From Candidatus Hermodarchaeota archaeon (GTDB lineage: Archaea; Asgardarchaeota; Hermodarchaeia; Hermodarchaeales; Hermodarchaeaceae), in contig JAEOTO010000009.1 in assembly GCA_016839805.1 (NCBI GenBank), forward strand, positions 8,369 through 72,368: a stretch of 64,000 nt of DNA. Direction: 5' to 3'. A program made the translations under genes and the position numbers. The notes under the pieces were generated by a model, which was not told the origin of the DNA, ran no database searches, and was given only the letters and a program-made list of their open reading frames with translations. Position 1 is the first letter of the stretch; every line of letters begins with the position of its first letter. Shown one piece after another: positions 57,216 to 64,000 of this stretch.

Positions 57216-58400
57216 TCAAGGAATGCAAACAAGTTCTTTTTGAGGGGTTGAAAGGAATCGACAACCTTTCTTTGTGACGACAATGTTTTCTTCTAAACTT
57301 ATTTGACCATAGTTCTTCGTCCGAACATGTGGTTCAAGTGTAAAGACGTTTCCTACTTCAACTACTCCTTTCGGACTCGCACCATATCGGTCCCAGAGTG
57401 GTCCTAGGAGAGTGCCACCATCATGCGCTTCTTGACCAACTTGGTGACCAAGTGCGTGCCCATATTCTTCATACCCTCTTTCTTGGAGGAATTGACGGGC
57501 GATATCATCCGCTTCAAAACCGTTAACTCCTGGTTTGATAAATTCTGCAGCCTTTTGAATGGCATCACGGACCGCATCAAAAGCGGTTTGAACCTCGTCT
57601 GGAATATCTCGCGCAGAACCGAAAAAGAACATCCTTTGCAAATCCGAACAATAACCTTTGTATCGGACACCAAAATCAAAGTGAAGGAGATGCCCAGTTT
57701 TGGTTTTATTATCCGTGGGTCCAGCATGCCCAAACTCTTTGTTAGGTCCTGCATCAACAGCAGGATTATGATCTGCGTCCCAGGCAAAAGTAACATTATG
57801 TACTTGCATGCGTTGATGGAAAAAGCGGTAAATCTCTAATTCCGTTTGATCTACTTGGACAAACTTTCTTGCCTCATTGTAGATTTGTTCAGTAATGTTA
57901 ATGGCTGTCTGGATTCGGTTAACTTCTTCAGAGCTTTTTCGTCCACGCAACCGAGTCATGAGCGGTTCTGCGCTCATAAATCGATCAGGATATGATGTTC
58001 CTTCTAAGTATTCTCTGAGGAGGTTATACATGGCGTAGGTTATTCCATCTGCAGCATAGTCATCGCGGCTATAATTCAAGCCGATTTGTTTCGGTTTGAT
58101 CTGATCCAACTCTGTTCGTAAGGCGTCCCGAATGCTTTGAGTATAGGGAACAACTTTGGTAAACACTTCTAGGGCTTCTATTCCTTGGGCGTCATAATTA
58201 CCGACAATAGCGATGCGTTCACCGGTTTTTGTGAATATTAGCGCTGACTGCCAAACCACATCGCTACCTAATACAAGGGCGATTGCAGGGTCTGCCATTA
58301 GTTTGGTTTCTCTAACCCAAATAAGCCATGCGTCCATATTCAATTCTTTGAGAAGGTCACAGGCTTGTTGGCTTTTTTGCTGGGGGAGATTGGTGTTCAT
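57216..58400 (-). CDS. M24-family Xaa-Pro aminopeptidase
   Basis: Metal-ligand region GHALGHQVGQEAHDGG and LEPH. ATG 58400 (MNTNLPQQ), preceded by GGTGA, is preferred. The ORF is open to TTG 58454. Confidence 0.8.
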   Translation of the reverse strand: MNTNLPQQKSQQACDLLKELNMDAWLIWVRETKLMADPAIALVLGSDVVWQSALIFTKTGERIAIVGNYDAQGIEALEVFTKVVPYTQSIRDALRTELDQIKPKQIGLNYSRDDYAADGITYAMYNLLREYLEGTSYPDRFMSAEPLMTRLRGRKSSEEVNRIQTAINITEQIYNEARKFVQVDQTELEIYRFFHQRMQVHNVTFAWDADHNPAVDAGPNKEFGHAGPTDNKTKTGHLLHFDFGVRYKGYCSDLQRMFFFGSARDIPDEVQTAFDAVRDAIQKAAEFIKPGVNGFEADDIARQFLQERGYEEYGHALGHQVGQEAHDGGTLLGPLWDRYGASPKGVVEVGNVFTLEPHVRTKNYGQISLEENIVVTKKGCRFLSTPQKELVCIP

Positions 58401-58494
58401 GATTCTTTCACCATCTGTCTTCACGGTTTGTATAGAAACCTTTTTTCCTGTCAAAGCGAGAGTTGGGCGAGTAGTAAATGATATTTGATGTAGG

Positions 58495-59916
58495 TTGGCG
58501 CTAGTCTTGGCTAAGTATTTAATTATTGACTCAAAAGGTAAAGAAGAGCCACTGGACTTAGATGATTTAGATAGTCACGAAGCAATCAAAGGGGAATTCC
58601 GTACTTTTATTGAGATTGAAGAGCTTGGAAGGGGTGCTAAAGGTGAACCTCCACATATTCGAGTAATGCGTCAACTCGAATTAATTGATTATGAACCTGC
58701 CTCTGACGTGGGACATTTCCGGTTTTATCCTAAAGGGGCGCTGTTAAAAGAACTGCTTGAAGATTATGTGCACACCATCGCTGTTGATTTAATTGGGGCA
58801 ATGCGTATTGAGACTCCACTCATGTACCGATTGAGTCAGAAGGACATTGCAGAACAAGCTGAAAAATTCCTAGAAAAAGACTATCGCATCAAATTGAGTA
58901 AGGATAAGGAGCTTCTCCTCCGGTTTGCTGGTGATTTTGGGTTGTTTTCAATTATGAAAAATGTCCAGATGTCACAGCGTCAGCTACCCATTCGGGTCTT
59001 TGAACTTTCACCTTCCTTTCGGCTAGAAAAGCGTGGTGAATGTGTTGGTCTTCGCCGACTTCGTGCTTTCACAATGCCAGATATTCATTGCTTCTGTGCT
59101 GACTACGAACAGGGGAAAGAAGAATTTGCTATGATTACCAAAAACTATGATCGACTTATCAAAGGGCTGGGAATTGAGTACCTGCTTGTATTCCGACTGG
59201 TCGAAGAATATTATACTCAAACTCGAGATCTTCTTGTGGAATTAGCCCGAGATCTGAAACGGCCTATCCTCTTGGAATTGCTTCCAGAGATGAGTCATTA
59301 TTGGAATGTGAAAAATGAATTTCAATTTGTCGATGCGGCTGAAGGATCGGGACAATTGAGTACGGTGCAACTCGACGTAACTGACGCTGAGCGATATGGC
59401 ATTACCTATGTTAATGATGCTGGAGAAGAAGTTGGTTGTATAATCGTTCATACCAGCATTGGGAGCCTCGAACGGTTAGTTTATGGGCTTTTAGAAAGTG
59501 CCGTAAAACGTCAGCAAAAGGGACAGCCTCCCATGCTGCCCCTATGGCTCTCTCCGGTCCAAGTAGTCGTTATTCCTGTTGCTGATCGTCATGAGGACTT
59601 TGCTAATAAAGCAGTTGACCAACTTCGTAACCAAAACGTTCGTGCTGTCCTTGATGATCGTGGGAAAACCCTTAGTTGGAAAGTTCGAAATGCAGGAAAA
59701 CAGTGGATTCCCTTTGTTGCGGTAGTGGGAGACAAAGAACTGCAATCGAACTCGTTATCGGTCACAATCCGAGAGAAATCAAGTTCCAAGAAAGCACACA
59801 GCGATTCTATGAAACTAGATAATCTCGTCCAATTAATCCACGAGGCTAGCCAAGATAAACCCTTCAGTCAACTTTCCCTTCCCAAAAGAATGTCGATGTG
59901 GCCCATTTTCATCTAA
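58495..59916 (+). CDS. thrS: Threonyl-tRNA synthetase, catalytic-only form (no N-terminal editing domain)
   Basis: 473 aa. Class II motif 2 SFRLEKRGECVGLRRLRAFTMPDIH and motif 3 GSLERLVYGLLE. ThrRS-type anticodon-binding domain PLWLSPVQVVVIPV...KVRNAGKQWIPFVAVVGDKE. Confidence 0.8.
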   Translation: MALVLAKYLIIDSKGKEEPLDLDDLDSHEAIKGEFRTFIEIEELGRGAKGEPPHIRVMRQLELIDYEPASDVGHFRFYPKGALLKELLEDYVHTIAVDLIGAMRIETPLMYRLSQKDIAEQAEKFLEKDYRIKLSKDKELLLRFAGDFGLFSIMKNVQMSQRQLPIRVFELSPSFRLEKRGECVGLRRLRAFTMPDIHCFCADYEQGKEEFAMITKNYDRLIKGLGIEYLLVFRLVEEYYTQTRDLLVELARDLKRPILLELLPEMSHYWNVKNEFQFVDAAEGSGQLSTVQLDVTDAERYGITYVNDAGEEVGCIIVHTSIGSLERLVYGLLESAVKRQQKGQPPMLPLWLSPVQVVVIPVADRHEDFANKAVDQLRNQNVRAVLDDRGKTLSWKVRNAGKQWIPFVAVVGDKELQSNSLSVTIREKSSSKKAHSDSMKLDNLVQLIHEASQDKPFSQLSLPKRMSMWPIFI

Positions 59917-59949
59917 CCTCATAATTTCAAAATAGGGCCATTTTAGCCA

Positions 59950-61320
59950 TTAGACTCCAGTTTTTTTATGTAATTTCGCTACGAAAAAGCCCTCGGTATC
60001 CTGTTTATGCGGAAAAAGCCGCTGACATTGTACCTGCCCCTCGAAGGCGGGTGACCCAAAAAAAGGTTGTGTAGGTACAAGCTCAAAATCTTTGTTGGCA
60101 TCTAAAAAATCTCGAATAAGGTGTTCATTTTCTTCCAGTGTAATTGAACAGGTTGAATAGACAATATACCCGTCTGGTGCAACGATTTGACTCCCCCTTT
60201 GCATAAGGCCTTTTTGAACCTTGGTTAGCCGCTGAACTAGTTCAGGGGTCATCGTCCACTTAACTTCTGGACGTGTTTGAATGACTCCAGTGTTGCTACA
60301 GGGCGGATCAACTAGCACGCTATCAACTTGAAAGTCTTGTCGGAAGGGCAATTTGAAGCTGTTTGCTAGGAGTATGTGGGTATTACAGACTCCAAGGCGA
60401 GTTAGATTTCGTTTGAGTTCTTGGGTTCGAACAGGAATATTATCAACAGCGATGATGTTACCATGGTTTTCCATTAATTGTGCAAGATGAGAGGTCTTAC
60501 TTCCGGGTGCAGCACATAAATCTACAATAATACTCTCCCGTTTGGGGTTAAGGATTCTGGCTACTAAGGCGCTGGCAAGACTTTGCAAATAGATGATGTT
60601 CTGGGTGTACAAGTTGGTATGGACAACTGGCTGGGTTCCTCGTTGAACTTTGTAGATCTCAGGAAGGTGGGGAGTGGGGGTGCATTGGAATTCTTCTTTT
60701 TCAAGGCGCATAACGGCAGATTCAGCTTTGTCATGAAGGGTATTGATTCGAATATAGATTGATGGACTTTGTAAACTAGCAAAGAAGAATTCACGAGCCT
60801 CATCTAATCCCAGAAGCTGTTTTGCATATTCAAACATCCATTGAGGAACAGAATATTGAAGGGTGTTTTGCTCTTCACGACTTGTTGTTTGAATTATGGT
60901 GTGTAAATTGGTTTGTTGAATTTTTCGAAGCACGGCATTACCAAAACCAGCGAGACGCTTATTTCTTCGTCTTTTGATGATAGAGACTGCTTCGTTAGTA
61001 GCGAGTGCGGGTACGCCTTCACCAAATAGGATCAAGTAGGCTGCAATTCGCAATGTATTTCGAGTCAGAGAATCGAGATCAGTTATTGACGTTTTTTCAA
61101 GAACTGAATTCAGTACGTAATCAATTGTATTTAATCGTCGCACGGTTTCAAATACAAGACTGTGAATTGCAGTGCGTATACGCCAATCGGTAATCTTCCA
61201 CTCCTTTGCAAGTTGGCCCATCGCAGTCCGCAATGAATAATGGATATCTTCCCAACGCGACAATACTTCAGCTGCTGCTTCTTCTCGACTAATTTCACTG
61301 CGTTGGGATTTTCCAGACAC
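59950..61320 (-). CDS. NOL1/NOP2/Sun (RsmB-like) RNA m5C methyltransferase with an N-terminal NusB-like domain
   Basis: 456 aa with a GTG start. SAM motif DLCAAPGSKTSH and catalytic Cys motifs DPPCSNTGV and YSTCSIT. Confidence 0.88.
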   Translation of the reverse strand: MSGKSQRSEISREEAAAEVLSRWEDIHYSLRTAMGQLAKEWKITDWRIRTAIHSLVFETVRRLNTIDYVLNSVLEKTSITDLDSLTRNTLRIAAYLILFGEGVPALATNEAVSIIKRRRNKRLAGFGNAVLRKIQQTNLHTIIQTTSREEQNTLQYSVPQWMFEYAKQLLGLDEAREFFFASLQSPSIYIRINTLHDKAESAVMRLEKEEFQCTPTPHLPEIYKVQRGTQPVVHTNLYTQNIIYLQSLASALVARILNPKRESIIVDLCAAPGSKTSHLAQLMENHGNIIAVDNIPVRTQELKRNLTRLGVCNTHILLANSFKLPFRQDFQVDSVLVDPPCSNTGVIQTRPEVKWTMTPELVQRLTKVQKGLMQRGSQIVAPDGYIVYSTCSITLEENEHLIRDFLDANKDFELVPTQPFFGSPAFEGQVQCQRLFPHKQDTEGFFVAKLHKKTGV

Positions 61321-61691
61321 TTTTTCGACTTCTCCACGGATTGCCTGGAAATTGGTGTATTATAAAATTAGTGATAGTATCGCATATCAGGGTAATAAAC
61401 TGTTGGAGTCTTTCTACCACCTTGTAGACAAATAAGGTCACCTAACCCCGAAAGAATTCACGTCAACCCCTCCACGACACTGAACACCTTCAATAACTCT
61501 CCACACCCATTCAGAAATCCCTCGGGGTCTATCAGCCTTAAAACCTCCTTCTCAACAATATAACATACAAGAAAAACTTCAAACAGGACCCAACACCATG
61601 ACACGGGCAGGCGAAATCCCCACGGAGCATGCCACCACCTCCCCCACCGAATCTTTCCCGCTACCCACTTCCTCATCACCAACAAAGTCAA

Positions 61692-62994
61692 GTGGTTATG
61701 AGCTTGTTCATCGTGCCTATAAAACCAGTTAAAACTGAACAACCAACAACGTACCATTTGCCGCAAACATGCTGGCTGTGCTCGCTTCGCGTACAACTGG
61801 GGACTCCGTCGGAAGATAGACGAATACCAGAAAACGGGGCAATCGCCCAACGCAATTGCGTTACATCGCGAATTAAACCGGCTTAAGTCGACCGACTTCC
61901 CCTGGATGTATAAGGTGTCCAAGTGTGCCCCTCAAGAGGCCCTCCGCAACCTCGATCGAGCCTTCGCCCATTTCTTCCGTCGATTGAAAAACGGTGACCC
62001 CCGGGGATTCCCCAAGTTTAAGTCCCGAAAATACGGCATTGGCTCCTTCCGCCTGACAGGAACAATTCGAGTCTTTCCTAACACCATCCAACTCCCACGC
62101 TTGGGACGACTCCGACTGAAGGAGCAGGGCTACCTGCCAGCAGAATCCGATCAGGTGCACATTCTCTCAGCAACCCTATCAGAGAAAGCAGGTCGATGGT
62201 TTGTTTCACTTCTAGTGCAAGAAACCTTGGTGGTCCCTGACAATCGGGGTCCTGTGGTGGGCGTGGATGTTGGGCTTCACCGGTTGGCTGTTGTGTCCGA
62301 TGGAACACTATATGAAAATCCTCAGGCGTTGTTGCGCTTTGAACGGAAACTGAAACGCATGCAGCGGTCTCTGGCCCGGAAAAGGCGAGGGAGCAGGAAT
62401 CGTAGACGGATGGTGCGTCGGCTCCAGCGGTTACATTGGCGAATCACGAATATCCGGCGAGATGCCCTCCACCAGGTCACGTCGATGCTGGCGAGAACCA
62501 AGGCAGTCATCGTGGTTGAAGATCTGAATGTGGAGGGAATGAAACAGCATCCGCATCTTGCCAAAGCCGTTACGAATGCGGGCTTCTTTGAGTTTCGTCG
62601 CCAACTGGTCTACAAAACCGCATGGTATGGGTCACAATTGGTCGTGGCACCTCGGTTCTATCCTTCATCGAAGCGGTGTTCGCAGTGCGGGTATATAAAA
62701 GAGAATTTGGCGTTATCTGTCCGTGTCTTTGGTTGTGAGCGGTGTGGGGTTCGCTTAGACCGGGATGTGAATGCGAGTTATAATTTAGTTGCTGTCGCCG
62801 TGAGTTGCACGGAGACGCTAAACGCCTGGCGTGAGACGGGAGGTGACAGCCCTTCTGTGGGGCAGTGCCCGTCGATGATGCAGGAACTGAACACCATCCA
62901 AGGAGATGTCTTAGATGGGTAAGTTTCAGACAACGGTCCGCAAAAGACTAAAGAAACAGATACCATCTCATGGATACAATCACTCGTGTGGTTG
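61692..62994 (+). mobile_element. IS200/IS605-family (IS1341-like, tnpA-less) TnpB element, decayed; left boundary uncertain
   Basis: TnpB homology spans about 61690..62922 in more than one frame. A candidate right-end hairpin CAATCAC-TCGT-GTGGTTG lies at 62977..62994. The region is visibly G+C-richer than its flanks. Confidence 0.65.
61906..62922 (+). pseudogene. tnpB: TnpB (OrfB) RNA-guided endonuclease; N-terminal ~70 codons displaced by frameshift(s)
   Basis: RuvC triad context is intact (VVGVDVGL, VVVEDLNVEGM, LDRDVNASYNL) and the zinc finger CSQCGY...CERCG is present. The conserved N-terminus RAYKT | QLKLNNQQRTICRKHAGCARFAYNWGL lies upstream of the first ATG. It is split by a stop (TAA 61720) and a frame change at an A-run. 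Confidence 0.8.
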
Positions 62995-63001
62995 AGCTTA
63001 T

Positions 63002-63817
63002 ATGGCGACACTGTGGCAAATTGTCTCAAAACTTAGTAAATTGGCACCTTCAATGTATGTCCCTGCTGATGATGTTGATGGTGTCATTCTCGGAATTAGT
63101 GATATAGCCAAGCAGAAACGGGTGCGACTCACTTCTGCTGCTGTTTGTGTTGATATTACCGTACCTGTGGTTATTCAATGCAGTGATATAGGTGCCAACC
63201 TTCTCGTTGCCCATCGTTCACCCTTTCCTAGGTCACAATCGCGTTTAACGGGTGTTCCACAACTTCTCCTTCGACATCTGCTAAAGCAAAACATTACGGT
63301 GTATATTGCTCATTATAACTGGGCGATGGTTGACGGTGGGATGAACGATGTCCTTGCACATACTCTAGGCTTCAAAGTAAACGATGTTTTTAAAATTCCT
63401 CTGAATGGGAATCTAATGCCCCTTGGTCGTGCGTGTTCTGTTCCGAAAGAAACGAGCTTGAAATCTTTCATTCAGTATGTATCCAAACGATTGAAGGTCC
63501 CGTCCATTAATTATGTTGGCAACCTAGATGAGGAAATTGAACGCTTAGTAATTGTTGCAGGTAAAGGGATTACACCCAAGTGGCTATTTTTTGCCTGGGA
63601 ACAAGGCTATGACACATATTTTACTGGGCATTTCACACACGAACTAGCCATCCAGGCAAGTCAGCTTAAAATGAAGATAGTTGCTATTCCTCAAGTCGCA
63701 ACAGAGATTCCTGGAATGAGTCGATTAACTCAGATTCTACGAGCAGAACATCCCCAAGTTACATTTAATTTCATGGAGCCATCATTACCCTATTCCACTC
63801 TCCTTTCACAACCATAA
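63002..63817 (+). CDS. NIF3-family dinuclear-metal-centre protein (GTP cyclohydrolase I type 2 homologue)
   Basis: 271 aa. Family pattern DGVILGISD...NLLVAHRSPF...VATEIPGM. Confidence 0.65.
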   Translation: MATLWQIVSKLSKLAPSMYVPADDVDGVILGISDIAKQKRVRLTSAAVCVDITVPVVIQCSDIGANLLVAHRSPFPRSQSRLTGVPQLLLRHLLKQNITVYIAHYNWAMVDGGMNDVLAHTLGFKVNDVFKIPLNGNLMPLGRACSVPKETSLKSFIQYVSKRLKVPSINYVGNLDEEIERLVIVAGKGITPKWLFFAWEQGYDTYFTGHFTHELAIQASQLKMKIVAIPQVATEIPGMSRLTQILRAEHPQVTFNFMEPSLPYSTLLSQP

Positions 63818-63849
63818 CTCACAAGTGTTGAAGTGAGCGAGGTCATAAC

Positions 63850-64000
63850 ATGCAAAACCCGTTAATCATTGACCTTGGCACTGGGTTTCTCAAGTACGGA
63901 TTTCCTTCTCAAACTAAACCAAGAATACTACCCGCTTATATAAAAACCACAGGGGGCAAAACAGGCGATGAATACCTCATAAGACTCGATCCCACGCGAG
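63850..64000 (+). CDS. Actin-family ATPase (actin/crenactin-like), 5' fragment truncated by the window end
   Basis: GAGGT SD 6 nt upstream. The N-terminus MQNPLIIDLGTGFLKYGFPSQTKPRILPAYI matches the actin phosphate-1 motif (xxIDxGSGxxKxGFAG..xPrxxFPS). Confidence 0.6.
   Translation, partial: MQNPLIIDLGTGFLKYGFPSQTKPRILPAYIKTTGGKTGDEYLIRLDPTR

Noticed and set aside
61458-61922. A 154-aa minus-strand ORF and an 85-aa plus-strand ORF (61629..61886) upstream of tnpB
   Set aside because: Both are alternate-frame or antisense readings of the decayed TnpB N-terminal region. The TnpB-like residues (RAYKT, LKLNNQQ…ARFAYNWGL) are in the other frames.
1-64000. Search by eye for CRISPR arrays, rRNA genes, long tandem repeats, inteins and in-frame TGA (selenocysteine) in the molybdoenzyme
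   Set aside because: I saw no regularly spaced direct repeats in any spacer. Protein lengths and motif spacing give no hint of inteins. The molybdopterin oxidoreductase ORF is uninterrupted. A computational repeat scan would be needed to exclude short arrays definitively.

Overview
This is a 64-kb archaeal chromosomal segment. The archaeal markers are a TFB gene, ABCE1, a nurA-herA-mre11-rad50 operon, archaeal-type tRNAs, a PGF-CTERM protein and an actin-family gene cut by the right edge. Bulk G+C looks like the low 40s % by eye. The lineage is probably Asgard/TACK-like, but sequence alone cannot fix it. About 60 protein genes are densely packed on both strands, often with overlapping or 1-8 nt junctions. 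There are two tRNA-Arg genes and one decayed IS200/IS605-type TnpB element. I saw no rRNA and no CRISPR array. Gene content covers four themes. Peptide and amino-acid catabolism: two paralogous M20 amidohydrolases, each beside a fold-type-II PLP enzyme, plus two M24 peptidases. Secreted glycan-active proteins. Many membrane proteins, including four zinc-ribbon+TM proteins, a heterodimeric ABC exporter, MscS and a VIT-like protein. Three radical-SAM enzymes and housekeeping genes (TFB, ABCE1, ThrRS, NSUN m5C methyltransferase, TrmO, NIF3, ADP-forming acetyl-CoA synthetase alpha). The most interesting observations are: (1) the operon's Rad50 has intact ATPase head motifs and a single cysteine, and carries a 43-residue two-helix hydrophobic hairpin at the coiled-coil midpoint where the CxxC zinc hook should be, which suggests a membrane-tethered Mre11-Rad50/HerA-NurA machine; (2) an orphan radical-SAM/SPASM enzyme with an N-terminal PqqD-like peptide-recognition domain sits beside a methyltransferase, with no visible precursor; (3) a B12-radical-SAM + DUF2085-like operon is bracketed by two paralogous zinc-ribbon/'ECFG'/2-TM proteins and lies next to an ABC exporter pair; (4) a G+C-rich, frameshifted TnpB element lies directly upstream of nif3; (5) one M20 paralogue has a 2-nt frameshift; (6) a self-contained small transcription unit lies in a 527-bp 'empty' spacer. 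All functional calls rest on motif recognition by eye. No database search was run.
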